This document shows, piece by piece, positions 8,119 through 17,900 of a stretch of DNA of 60,122 nucleotides (position 1 is its first letter; each line of letters begins with the position of its first letter). Both the position numbers and the translations under genes were made by a program. The DNA comes from a virus (Duplodnaviria; Caudoviricetes). The notes beneath the pieces are model-generated. The model did no database searches, was not told the DNA's origin, and saw nothing but the letters and a program-made list of their open reading frames with translations. The stretch is taken from positions 1-60,122 of IMG/VR virus record IMGVR_UViG_3300030098_003345; one strand, given 5' to 3'.

Positions 8119-8382
8119 ATGGCACAAGAAGAAAAAGTGTTTGCGGATGGATTTAGTTTCAAACGCAGAGAAAATGCTCCTGAATTTGTAGTAGGGAGAG
8201 TGAGTATTAAGTGTGACGATGCGGTTGCATTTATGAAGCAAAATCAAAAAAATGGTTGGTTAAACCTGAATATTAATCAGGCGAAATCGGGCAAGTATTA
8301 CATCGAACTTGATACTTTTGAACCAAAGAAAGTAACAGAATCTGCTCCTCCACAAGAGGAAGAGGCAGACCTACCTTTCTAA
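8119..8382 (+). CDS. Putative single-stranded DNA-binding protein
   Basis: Small beta-rich protein with acidic tail ending EEEADLPF. Confidence 0.65.
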   Translation: MAQEEKVFADGFSFKRRENAPEFVVGRVSIKCDDAVAFMKQNQKNGWLNLNINQAKSGKYYIELDTFEPKKVTESAPPQEEEADLPF

Positions 8383-8398
8383 AGTTATGTTTAATGTT

Positions 8399-8427
8399 AG
8401 GGGGGGAGGAAACTCTCCCCTTTTTTT
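8399..8427 (+). terminator. Intrinsic terminator
   Basis: G-rich arm, GAAA loop, CTCTCCCC arm, then T7. Confidence 0.85.
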
Positions 8428-8428
8428 G

Positions 8429-8590
8429 CCTAATGACTGCTGAGTTTTAGTGGCTCTATATATTTATTTTATTATTTTTATTTATTTTTTATTTCCCATA
8501 TGATAAAGAAAAGTTAACAAAGTCAGCAACTCATTGATAATCAGACATAAACTTAACATAAAGTCAACATCAACTCAACATTAAACTTAA
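8429..8590. other. Origin-like module A (AT-rich tract plus ~11-nt iterons)
   Basis: TGCTGAGTTTT, AT-rich run, ATTGATAATCA, AAAGTYAACA-like repeats; homologous to 56896-57090. Confidence 0.5.
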
Positions 8591-8594
8591 ATTT

Positions 8595-11009
8595 ATGACA
8601 TCAAAGATTACAATATTTAGGAATATTAAAACCACAGATGCTCCTTTCCATCGGGAGGTGGAGGATATTATAGACAGGATAAAAAATGGAGCATCCAAAG
8701 AATTAGTTAAAAGAATCAGGTTAGAAAAGAGGAAAGCAGAACGCAATGAACTGAAGAAACAACTACCCGCTATATGTTTTTCCGGAACTTTTACTAAACG
8801 AAACGACAACTCCATTCAAGAACATTCGGGATTAATCTGTTTGGATTTTGATGGATACGAAAAAAGCAAAGAGCTTTTACAAGACAAGGAGAATATAACA
8901 AAATCTCCTTACACATATTCGGTGTTTGTATCTCCATCCGGAAGAGGACTAAAGGTTTTAGTTAAGGTTCCCCAAGACATAGACAATCACATTCATTACT
9001 TTAATAGTTTAGGAAAACATTTTAATAATGACAAGTTTGATGAAACGTGCAAGAATTTATCTCGTGTGTGTTATGAATCTTACGACCCTTTAATCTATGT
9101 CAATGCAAACTCTTCTGTTTGGGATAAGATTGAAGAAAGAGAATACCAAGAGAAACATCAATTTAGGGATGCTCCTACTCTTCCCATTACTGATGAAAAT
9201 AAAATAGTAGAAATACTTACCAAGTGGTGGACAAAAAAATATCCAATGCAAGAAGGACAACGCAACCATAATTGCTATGTACTTGCTTCAGCATTTAATG
9301 ACTTTGGAATAAACAAATCATTGGCGGGATATATTCTTTCTAACTATCAAACCAAATCATTTAATGAAAGCGAAATAAATAGAACTATAGATTCCGCATA
9401 TGCCAATACGCAAAACTTTGGAACTAAGTATTATGAAGATGAAGAAAGGGTTACCAATCTGAAAATAAAACTCAAACGTGGTGCATCAAAAAAAGAGCTA
9501 CGTCATTCCTTAGAAGAGTCACAAGTGGATGACGAAATAATAGATGCGGTATTGACTCGTATAGATGAAGAGGCACAGGAAACTCAGTTTTGGACCAAAA
9601 ACGAAAAGGGAGTAATTAAGATAATCCATATACTATTCAAACAATTCTTAGAAGATAATGGATTCTATAAGTATTGCCCTGAAGGAAGTAAAAATTATGT
9701 GTTCGTTAAGGTAACCAACAACCTTATAGACCATACCGATGAAAAGGAAATAAAAGATTTTATTCTAAATCATTTAATAGATATAGACGATTTAAGTATC
9801 TATAATTATTTTGCAGACCATACTCGTTTTTTCAAAGAAGAATTTTTAACTCTTCTTTCTACTATTGATATTTATTTTATCCAAGACAATAAAGATACCT
9901 CTTATTTGTATTATAGGAATTGTGCCGTTAAAATAACTACCAAAGAAGTAGTAATGATTGACTATATAGATTTGGGAGGGTATGTATGGAAAGACCACGT
10001 AATAGACAGAAACTTTGCGTTATGTTCTCCTAATACCGATTACGCTACTTTCATCCAAAATATCTGCAATTCCGAAGAAGACCGAGTAAAGTCAATGGAA
10101 TCAACCATAGGGTTTTTGATGCACGGGCATAAAAATCTTTCTTACTGTCCGGCAGTAATTCTTAATGACGAAGTAATTTCCGATAACCCCGAAGGGGGGA
10201 CAGGTAAAGGAATTTTTATGACTGCATTGGCACAAATGAAAAAAGTGGTAACTATTGATGGAAAATCTTTCACATTTGAAAGAAGTTTTGCTTATCAACT
10301 TGTCTCGGCTGACACTCAAATACTTGTCTTCGATGATGTAAGAAAGCACTTTGATTTTGAAAGATTGTTTAGCGTAGTCACAGAAGGGCTAACTCTTGAA
10401 AAGAAAAACAAGGATGCTATTAAGATTCCTTTTGAAAAGTCTCCTAAGATATCTATTACAACCAATTACGCTATAAAGGGAAGTGGTAATTCTTTTGCTC
10501 GGAGAAAATGGGAACTTGAATTACATCAGCACTATCAAAAGAACTTTACTCCTATTGATGAATTTGGAAAATTATTATTTGGAGATTGGAATGATGATGA
10601 ATGGTGTGCTTTTGATAATTATATGGTTAGGTGTTTACAGGGATATTTAAATACAGGATTAGTAGAGAGCAAATTCGTTAATCTTAAAATCAGACAACTC
10701 TCTGCAGAAACATCACACGATTTCATTGAATGGTGTGGTCTTATAAATGGGAGTGAAAAAAACCCCTTGTTACAAAGGGATGTAAGAATAAATCTGCAAG
10801 AGTGTTATCTTGATTATATAGAGCAGTATCCGGATTATGCTCCTAAATCAAAACTAACCCTTAGCAGAATTAGATTTAATAAATGGATGTCAGCTTTTGC
10901 GGTTTATATATCAAGTGTTTCCCCACAAGAGGGAAGAGATGAAAAGGGAAGATGGATGCGAATTAAACCAATAGAAGAAGTTAATACTCAATCTAAACTA
11001 AATGTCTAA
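8595..11009 (+). CDS. Primase-helicase (BT4734/VirE-N-like AEP N-terminus, PriCT, P-loop helicase)
   Basis: KKQLPAICFSG, CLDFD, SPSGRGLK, EGQRN, Walker A EGGTGKG, Walker B LVFDD. Confidence 0.85.
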   Translation: MTSKITIFRNIKTTDAPFHREVEDIIDRIKNGASKELVKRIRLEKRKAERNELKKQLPAICFSGTFTKRNDNSIQEHSGLICLDFDGYEKSKELLQDKENITKSPYTYSVFVSPSGRGLKVLVKVPQDIDNHIHYFNSLGKHFNNDKFDETCKNLSRVCYESYDPLIYVNANSSVWDKIEEREYQEKHQFRDAPTLPITDENKIVEILTKWWTKKYPMQEGQRNHNCYVLASAFNDFGINKSLAGYILSNYQTKSFNESEINRTIDSAYANTQNFGTKYYEDEERVTNLKIKLKRGASKKELRHSLEESQVDDEIIDAVLTRIDEEAQETQFWTKNEKGVIKIIHILFKQFLEDNGFYKYCPEGSKNYVFVKVTNNLIDHTDEKEIKDFILNHLIDIDDLSIYNYFADHTRFFKEEFLTLLSTIDIYFIQDNKDTSYLYYRNCAVKITTKEVVMIDYIDLGGYVWKDHVIDRNFALCSPNTDYATFIQNICNSEEDRVKSMESTIGFLMHGHKNLSYCPAVILNDEVISDNPEGGTGKGIFMTALAQMKKVVTIDGKSFTFERSFAYQLVSADTQILVFDDVRKHFDFERLFSVVTEGLTLEKKNKDAIKIPFEKSPKISITTNYAIKGSGNSFARRKWELELHQHYQKNFTPIDEFGKLLFGDWNDDEWCAFDNYMVRCLQGYLNTGLVESKFVNLKIRQLSAETSHDFIEWCGLINGSEKNPLLQRDVRINLQECYLDYIEQYPDYAPKSKLTLSRIRFNKWMSAFAVYISSVSPQEGRDEKGRWMRIKPIEEVNTQSKLNV

Positions 11010-11247
11010 TATTCACAGAGCAATGATGAATACCTATAATGTTTTTATGGGTTATGAGAACTTACACGATTTAGTAGTAAAGAATGAGGGATATTTTATT
11101 TTCAACCCCGAAGCTCCGGTGTCTTCAAAGACACTTGATATATTGTTGAAATACTTTATATCCATAGAAGATTATTATAAATGTATTAATATTGAAAAAC
11201 TTATAAAAGATGGTAAAACTATTGGGCGAGACTTTCGCAAGGAGTGA
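11002..11247 (+). CDS. Hypothetical protein
   Basis: ORF track; coupled to the primase gene. Confidence 0.65.
   Translation: MSNIHRAMMNTYNVFMGYENLHDLVVKNEGYFIFNPEAPVSSKTLDILLKYFISIEDYYKCINIEKLIKDGKTIGRDFRKE
11119..11134 (+). repeat. 16-bp palindrome inside a CDS
   Basis: GTGTCTTCAAAGACAC. Confidence 0.95.
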
Positions 11248-11458
11248 CTGTGAGCATCTAAAACAATTACGTCTGTTAGAACAGGTTATGTTTCAGACAG
11301 AAAAGCATAAGGTGGGCAGAGGAAAGAACGCTACCTATGTAGAAAGATTCAGATGGAACAAGGAATCTGACAAGGAAATAAGAAAAAATATATCATATTC
11401 AATTAAATTTTTTAAAGAAAGATGTTTAAATTCCGAGAATACCAATGGCGAATTATAG
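11210..11458 (+). CDS. Hypothetical protein
   Basis: ORF track. Confidence 0.55.
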   Translation: MVKLLGETFARSDCEHLKQLRLLEQVMFQTEKHKVGRGKNATYVERFRWNKESDKEIRKNISYSIKFFKERCLNSENTNGEL

Positions 11459-12657
11459 AAAAAGCCACAGACATAGTTAAGAATCATAGATTTATTTACC
11501 TCGCAATGGAGGTGCGAACCGGCAAGACTCTGACAAGTTTGGGTTTGGCTCAATCTTTGGACAGTAAGGAGGTTCTTTTTGTAACCAAAAAGAAAGCTAT
11601 TAGTAGTATTGAGTCCGATTACAAAATGCTCAATCCCTCTTTTGGGTTATCAGTTATCAATTACGAATCTCTTCACAAGATAGATGAAGAAATAAATTAT
11701 GATATGATAATTCTTGATGAAGCTCATACGCTTGGAGCCTTCCCCAAACCGAGTAAACGGGCAAAACAAGTTAAGGAGCTAATACAAAAACATAATCCAT
11801 ATGTATGTTTGATGTCAGGCACCCCTACCCCTGAAAGTTACAGTCAGATGTTTCATCAGGTGTATGGGATTCCTACTAACCCATTTAAGGAGTATGGAAG
11901 TTTTTACAAGTTTGCTAAAGACTATATAGATGTAAGGCAGAGGAAAATAAACTCATTGTATGTTAATGATTATTCACGAGGATTGATTACTATTTTAAAG
12001 AAAATGAGTCCAATGACTATATCTTATTCCCAAAAAGAGGCGGGATTTAAAAACCAAATAAACGAAGTAGTGTTAGAAGTAGATTTAGAGGATAGCACCT
12101 ATTGGTTGACCTCCAACTTAAAGAAAAACCTCGTAGTAGAGGGGAATGAAGAAGTCATACTTGGTGATACTCCCGCTAAGTTAATGCAGAAGTTGCATCA
12201 ATTATATTCGGGAACTATAAAGTTTGAAAGCGGTCAATCTATGGTATTAGATTATTCTAAAGCCGCATACATTGCTGAAAAATTTAAAGGGAAAAAGATT
12301 GCTATTTTCTATAAGTTTAGAGAAGAATACAATGCACTAAAGGAAATATTTAAAGATAATTTATGCAATTCACTTGATGATTTTACAACCTATAACAAGA
12401 ATATTGCGTTACAAATAGTAAGCGGAAGAGAAGGGATATCTTTACGACAAGCGGATGCATTGGTGTATTATAACATAGATTTTAGCGCAACAAGTTATTG
12501 GCAAAGTAGAGATAGGATGACAACAAAGGATAGGACCCATAGCAAGGTGTATTGGGTGTTTTCTAAAAACGGAATAGAAAAAGATATCTATAAATCCGTC
12601 ATAAAAAAGAAAGACTATACGGTCCGACACTTTAAGAAGGATTTCCTAAATTTGTAA
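11422..12657 (+). CDS. SNF2-like superfamily 2 helicase
   Basis: REYQ, RTGKT, ILDEAH, MSGTP, SGREGISL, QSRDR motifs. Confidence 0.9.
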   Translation: MFKFREYQWRIIEKATDIVKNHRFIYLAMEVRTGKTLTSLGLAQSLDSKEVLFVTKKKAISSIESDYKMLNPSFGLSVINYESLHKIDEEINYDMIILDEAHTLGAFPKPSKRAKQVKELIQKHNPYVCLMSGTPTPESYSQMFHQVYGIPTNPFKEYGSFYKFAKDYIDVRQRKINSLYVNDYSRGLITILKKMSPMTISYSQKEAGFKNQINEVVLEVDLEDSTYWLTSNLKKNLVVEGNEEVILGDTPAKLMQKLHQLYSGTIKFESGQSMVLDYSKAAYIAEKFKGKKIAIFYKFREEYNALKEIFKDNLCNSLDDFTTYNKNIALQIVSGREGISLRQADALVYYNIDFSATSYWQSRDRMTTKDRTHSKVYWVFSKNGIEKDIYKSVIKKKDYTVRHFKKDFLNL

Positions 12658-12659
12658 TA

Positions 12660-12890
12660 ATGAAGAAGTTCTTTTCCTTTTTCATAGTATGGATAAGTCA
12701 GAATCTTGCAATGCCCTTTTGGATAGTTGGTCATATCCACTTATCTACAAATGTATATGCTGACATCAAGGAGATTTTAGCATCCGTTGGAATGAATATA
12801 ATAGTATTAGTAGGATTTATAATTGACTACAGAAACAGTTTAAAAAGTGACAGAACAACAATTACAAAAAAAGAGAATAGAAGAACTTGA
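12660..12890 (+). CDS. Small membrane protein
   Basis: Two hydrophobic segments. Confidence 0.6.
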   Translation: MKKFFSFFIVWISQNLAMPFWIVGHIHLSTNVYADIKEILASVGMNIIVLVGFIIDYRNSLKSDRTTITKKENRRT

Positions 12891-13086
12891 AAATCAGGGA
12901 TATTATGTTATTAAATTAATCAAGACCAATAAGAATGGAATACCGGACTTGATAGCCATACCACCAAAATCTAATGTAATTTTTAGTGAGGTAAAAAAAC
13001 CTGAAGGTAAAGTTTCTAAATTACAAGAGTTTAGAATGAAAGAATTAAAAGCGTATGGAATTGAAACAGAAGTATATAGAGGGTAA
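12847..13086 (+). CDS. VRR-NUC family nuclease
   Basis: EQQLQ..GIPDLI..FSEVK..SKLQ. Confidence 0.8.
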   Translation: MTEQQLQKKRIEELENQGYYVIKLIKTNKNGIPDLIAIPPKSNVIFSEVKKPEGKVSKLQEFRMKELKAYGIETEVYRG

Positions 13087-13423
13087 TTTTTTTGAAGTTG
13101 ACGAATGGTTTATCGAGAGATTGCAAAAATATCCTCCCAAAGCGGGGATAGATGTAGCCCGACAATTGGAGATTAATTTTGATGATTTAGAAGAACTGTC
13201 GGGATGGACTCAAAGGGTTGGAGGGGTTTGCACTACCTTAGAGGAGCCTATTTATTTTGAAATAGAATATTTAAAACAACCTGACGAGCCACCATTATTT
13301 CTTGATATCTCAGCAATAGAAGTTGATGATTATCTTGATTATATATTAGAAAACAAAACACTTAAATTAAATAATGATGAAAAAAAAAGTAGTAGACCAA
13401 TATGTAGCCGACAATCTCGCTGA
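13055..13423 (+). CDS. Hypothetical acidic protein
   Basis: ORF track. Confidence 0.65.
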   Translation: MELKQKYIEGNFFEVDEWFIERLQKYPPKAGIDVARQLEINFDDLEELSGWTQRVGGVCTTLEEPIYFEIEYLKQPDEPPLFLDISAIEVDDYLDYILENKTLKLNNDEKKSSRPICSRQSR

Positions 13424-13913
13424 AATAATCTTATCCTTTTTAGGAGTAGATATATATTCCAATTCTCGCAACCGGAACTGCGTTAATGGTAGAATGATAT
13501 ATTATAAAATATTGCACGAACAAAACTATGGTTGGTCAGCCATTGCTCAAAGTGTAGGTAAAACCCACGCTACTGCTATTCACGGAGTGAGGCAATTTAA
13601 TAACTTAATATGTTATGATAAAGAGCTATTAGATGACTATAAAATAATAATGGAGGTATATAGTGAAATAGAACAAGAGAATCCTGTATCTTGGATGACA
13701 CGAGCCGAGCTGCTTAATGAAGCGTATAATTTGGATAAACAAAATAAAAGTTTAAATTTGTCTCTTGACGAGTTGAATCATAGTCTAATTTCTTATCAAA
13801 TTTCTTATCAAAAATATAGACCTCTTATTGAGTTGATTGACGAAAGGGGATTGTGTGATGAGGATTTAAAAATAGTTGCCACTAAACTAAAGCGTATATT
13901 AAATGGTCTTTAA
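13374..13913 (+). CDS. Second DnaA domain IV-like HTH protein with coiled-coil tail
   Basis: SRNRNCVNGRMIYY..SAIAQSVGKTHATAIHG. Confidence 0.65.
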   Translation: MMKKKVVDQYVADNLAEIILSFLGVDIYSNSRNRNCVNGRMIYYKILHEQNYGWSAIAQSVGKTHATAIHGVRQFNNLICYDKELLDDYKIIMEVYSEIEQENPVSWMTRAELLNEAYNLDKQNKSLNLSLDELNHSLISYQISYQKYRPLIELIDERGLCDEDLKIVATKLKRILNGL

Positions 13914-13924
13914 CCTTAAATATA

Positions 13925-14119
13925 GTGAGTAAGCAAATATCATCTATAGACTACCAAAGATTACGTTACATTAATATGTTAATGGATGGACTATATGCGA
14001 ATCTCGCAGATATTTATGAATGCATTGTGGACCGGGAAATAGATGAAGCTCAAATAGAAATAACAAAAACCATAGAGGAACTTAAACGTCTACACGAATC
14101 AATGGAAGACGAGCTATGA
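13925..14119 (+). CDS. Hypothetical protein
   Basis: ORF track. Confidence 0.65.
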   Translation: MSKQISSIDYQRLRYINMLMDGLYANLADIYECIVDREIDEAQIEITKTIEELKRLHESMEDEL

Positions 14120-14538
14120 TAGAGCAAACGTGGGAGGATAATGAGGAGAGGGAATGCCGAACTTGCAGTATAGTAAAACCTATATTACAGTTTCCTACTG
14201 CGGGAGTTAAGCGTAACAAGCAATACCGAAGAAGAGTATGTAATGACTGTTATACCAAAAATAAAGCTCTACATAGAACTAAACAAAGAGCTTGGTTAAA
14301 CGAATACAAGTCAACATTGTCTTGTAAGAAGTGTGGCTACTCTAAAAAGACACATTTGAATTTTACCACATCGGCATTGCAATTTCATCATCCTCGTGCA
14401 GATAAAGAGTTTGAAGTAAGTAATGGTGCTCACAGGGGAATGGCAAAAAAGAAGATACTTTCAGAAATTAACAAATGCGTAGTTCTTTGTTGTAGGTGCC
14501 ACGCAGAAATACACTTTAATTCACACAATGAGATTTGA
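14116..14538 (+). CDS. HNH endonuclease with Zn fingers
   Basis: CxxC pairs, LQFHH, KCVVLCCRCHAEIH. Confidence 0.8.
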   Translation: MIEQTWEDNEERECRTCSIVKPILQFPTAGVKRNKQYRRRVCNDCYTKNKALHRTKQRAWLNEYKSTLSCKKCGYSKKTHLNFTTSALQFHHPRADKEFEVSNGAHRGMAKKKILSEINKCVVLCCRCHAEIHFNSHNEI

Positions 14539-14968
14539 AACAAATAAAGATTTAGCGAGAGAAAGGAGAGCTATTGAAAAGTTTGTTAGCCGATTTAAAG
14601 GGAGTTTCAAAAAGCTTTCTCCCAATGATGTAGATTACAGGGTGTATGATTCCAAAGGAAAACTAATTGCTTATGTTGAGGTTAAAGGAAGGTTCCGCAC
14701 TATTGCAGAGGCTTATCCTCTCCCTGTAGCAGCACGAAAGGTTGTAAAGTTGTGTGACAAAAGATTAAACCCTGTTCTTATTTGGTCTTGTGAGGATGGA
14801 ATAATATATGGCAAACCCACGCATCTAAAGGGTATCCTAAAGTGGGGAGGAAGAAAACCACGAGAGGGAGCCGTTAACGATGAAGAGTTAATGATTTATT
14901 ATGACAAGCAAGACGAGTTCAAATACCACAAATACTACGATAGTGTCTTTGAAGACACCAATCTATAG
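14528..14968 (+). CDS. PD-(D/E)XK nuclease-like protein
   Basis: VDY...YVEVKGR motif. Confidence 0.6.
   Translation: MRFETNKDLARERRAIEKFVSRFKGSFKKLSPNDVDYRVYDSKGKLIAYVEVKGRFRTIAEAYPLPVAARKVVKLCDKRLNPVLIWSCEDGIIYGKPTHLKGILKWGGRKPREGAVNDEELMIYYDKQDEFKYHKYYDSVFEDTNL
14943..14958 (-). repeat. 16-bp palindrome at the convergence of the two arms
   Basis: GTGTCTTTGAAGACAC (CA-centred on the minus strand). Confidence 0.95.
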
Positions 14969-14993
14969 AATATAATTTTTCTTTTTCTATCAC

Positions 14994-17900
14994 CTAATCC
15001 GCAAGTTTATCTAACATATCTTGGACTTCCTTCTTACTCGGCTTATCTTCGGTAGATTTAGATTTTTTCTTTTTGTTAGTAGGTCGGTAAGAGTAGGAGA
15101 CCCCCAATAAATCATACATTGCATCTTCATCCATACCATCGGTAAATATTTCCGCAAGCCCTACGAGAGGGTCTGCTTGTACACCTACACCAATCTCTGT
15201 TAGAACTTGTGCTGCCTTTAATATTTTATCAGCATCATCATACTTAACTCCGTTGTGCCATTTTTTATAGATACTTCTTACAGGGTTAGTTGGTTGAACT
15301 ACTGTCTTTCTATCCTCATCTACCCAATCTGCCCAAGCCTGTTCTGCCGTTTCGCCAAAAAAAGGTATCTGATAAATAAGGTTAAGACCAAACATTGCAT
15401 CTCTCATACGAGCAAACGCTTCTGCTCTATCTTTAGGGTCATCACTTGTAATCTTAAATATATTAGCAGCACCGGTGAACAATACGTTGGCAACGGCGGC
15501 ATTTAAGTAAAGTGAACGTATATCTTCAAGCTTAATTTTAGAAGGGTCTTTAGTTTTAATTGCCTCCTGAGTTTGCCTTCCAAGATTGGTTGTTGCCTGC
15601 ATAACCTTGTTCATTTGTAAGAACAAGGTACTACCAAACATAGTAAATGCCCTTGTAAAAGCGTGAGGATTCATTTGTAAAGGAATTTTTTCAGTAGCTC
15701 TACGAGTTTGCTGAGTAGCATTGTAATCATTAAACTCTTGCAAAGCTTGAGCTTTACTCATTCCATTTTTAATATTACGTCTGTAGTTTACCATATACCC
15801 CATAACACCCATAATATCTCCAATGATAGTTGGGGAAGCAGCTATCCTTCTTCCTCTCCTTCCAAGCTTTGCCCACATAGCTTGGTTAGTTTCAAAATCC
15901 TTGAATGTAGGTTGCCCTGATTCTAATCCCATCAAGTCTCCTTTAACACCAAGCTCTATCCTTTTTCTAAAAATAGCCGACATATTCATAGCCTCAGAAA
16001 GCGGTCTACTTTCTAATCCAATATGTTTACCTGATACCTTCTCTGCTCCCAAAACTGCAATCTCAGCTAAAAGATTAGCAGCTAACATTGCGGTATCCAT
16101 CATAAACATCACAATATCTACCCCTGCGGTTGCCTTACCTTTTCTATAACGATACTTTTCTAAAGCGTTAATAAATGAGGTAGCCTGCTTAGGTATCTGC
16201 ATCAGCTTCAATGCTAAAGCAAAAGATGTATAACGACTCTGTAGCCAATTTAGCGCTTTCGTAAGTTTACTTGGGTGCTTAGTAAAAGCGTCAGGATTAA
16301 TGGCATAGTTAATAGCATTTCTTACAACCGATGTTAATGACATTGACTCCATTAGACTTTTAGTGTAAGGGTTATCAAATATCCCTTGAATAATCTTTGT
16401 AGGCATAGCGTAAGCCTTATACCTTTCCATAGTTTTAATGTGAGTTTCTAATGTAGCAGCAAAGTCTACATCTAACTCCACCCCGCTTTTTATATTCGAC
16501 CTTACCTTCAATGATGGTGCCGACTCTGCATTAAATATTTTACTAAAATCTCCGGTAGACAAAATGTTTTCAGTTTCCTCTGTCTGAAGCGTCTTTGTTG
16601 GGAAATAGTTTTCTATATATCCAAGATTCACATCATTAACCTGCCTATAAACATCGTTAACCTCATTGTAATATTCATTACTTAAGAAGTTGACTATCTT
16701 GTCGGAAACACTTACGAGTTGTGGACCAAGAAAAGCTTCTACCTCCTCCATAACCTGTGGTGTAAATCCTTGCTTTTCTAATTTGTCACGCTGCAAATCG
16801 TTTTTATAGAGAGAGTAGATACGCAACAGTTGGTCAACACTTCCATTCCATTCCTCAGCAGTCTTTCCTATCGTACCATCCTTATTGATTTTCCTAACCA
16901 TCACCGGCATAGTTCCTGACGTATAAAGAAGCTCCCTGACTTGTTCCATCCCCCTATCTATACCTTCGATACTATTGACTATCTCATCTAACTTATTTTG
17001 AGTTCTGAAATACCCTTCCATATTAGCCTCATCAGCTCGGTTTAATCTGTTATAGATGTTCTCGGTAAAGAAATTACCTGAAATATCCATCTTGTTCATT
17101 AAGGTACCCATATGCTGAAGACTGTGTTTAAAACCTGCTATAAACTCAGAAAAGGTAGTCCACTTGTAATGTTTTATATATTCCATTATCCACTTAGAAT
17201 ACTTCTTATCGTGGTATAGCTTATGTATCTTGTCCCGTTCCATTATTAATTGGTTACGGTCTTTAGGTGTGCCATCCTTATCTAAAATAGCATCACCAAA
17301 ATCTTTAGTCATCTGAGCCTCGCCCTCTCTGTTGATGGCTTTTATCTGCTCGGCTCTTGCTTTTCTACGACTCTTGTATCGTCTTATACCCTCAGCATTG
17401 ACATCTTTTAAAGATGATAACAACAGTTGAGTATCTTCAAGACTCATATTTTCTAAGTCACTAAAGTTATCAAAGGCATAAGACAGGTTGAGTAACCTTT
17501 CCTCAGCTCTTGTTAGCTTTTCGTTTTGGTTCTCTTTTAGAATTGCTTCATTAATTAGAGATTCGTTCTCTGTTAATTCATCCAAGATTGCAAGCATTGC
17601 ATCGGTATCCCCCTTTATTACATTCTGTAGCACCTTATTGGCTGATTGCATAAAAGCCTGTGTCTCTGCAGCTATCCCTTTACTTTTCTTTTTCTTAGAT
17701 TCAGAAATCCTTACTTTAGATTTTTCTTGAACCAATTTTTTTATTTCCTTAACTACATCGTTCTTTATCCTCTTTCTAACAAGCTTTATTTCCTTCTCTA
17801 TCTTTCTCATATCATTAAGGATACTTGCATCTGTAGCCTTTGCAATGATATTGTTCAGCCTATTGACTGTACCTGTAGTTATATTCTCTGTCTTAGGAAG

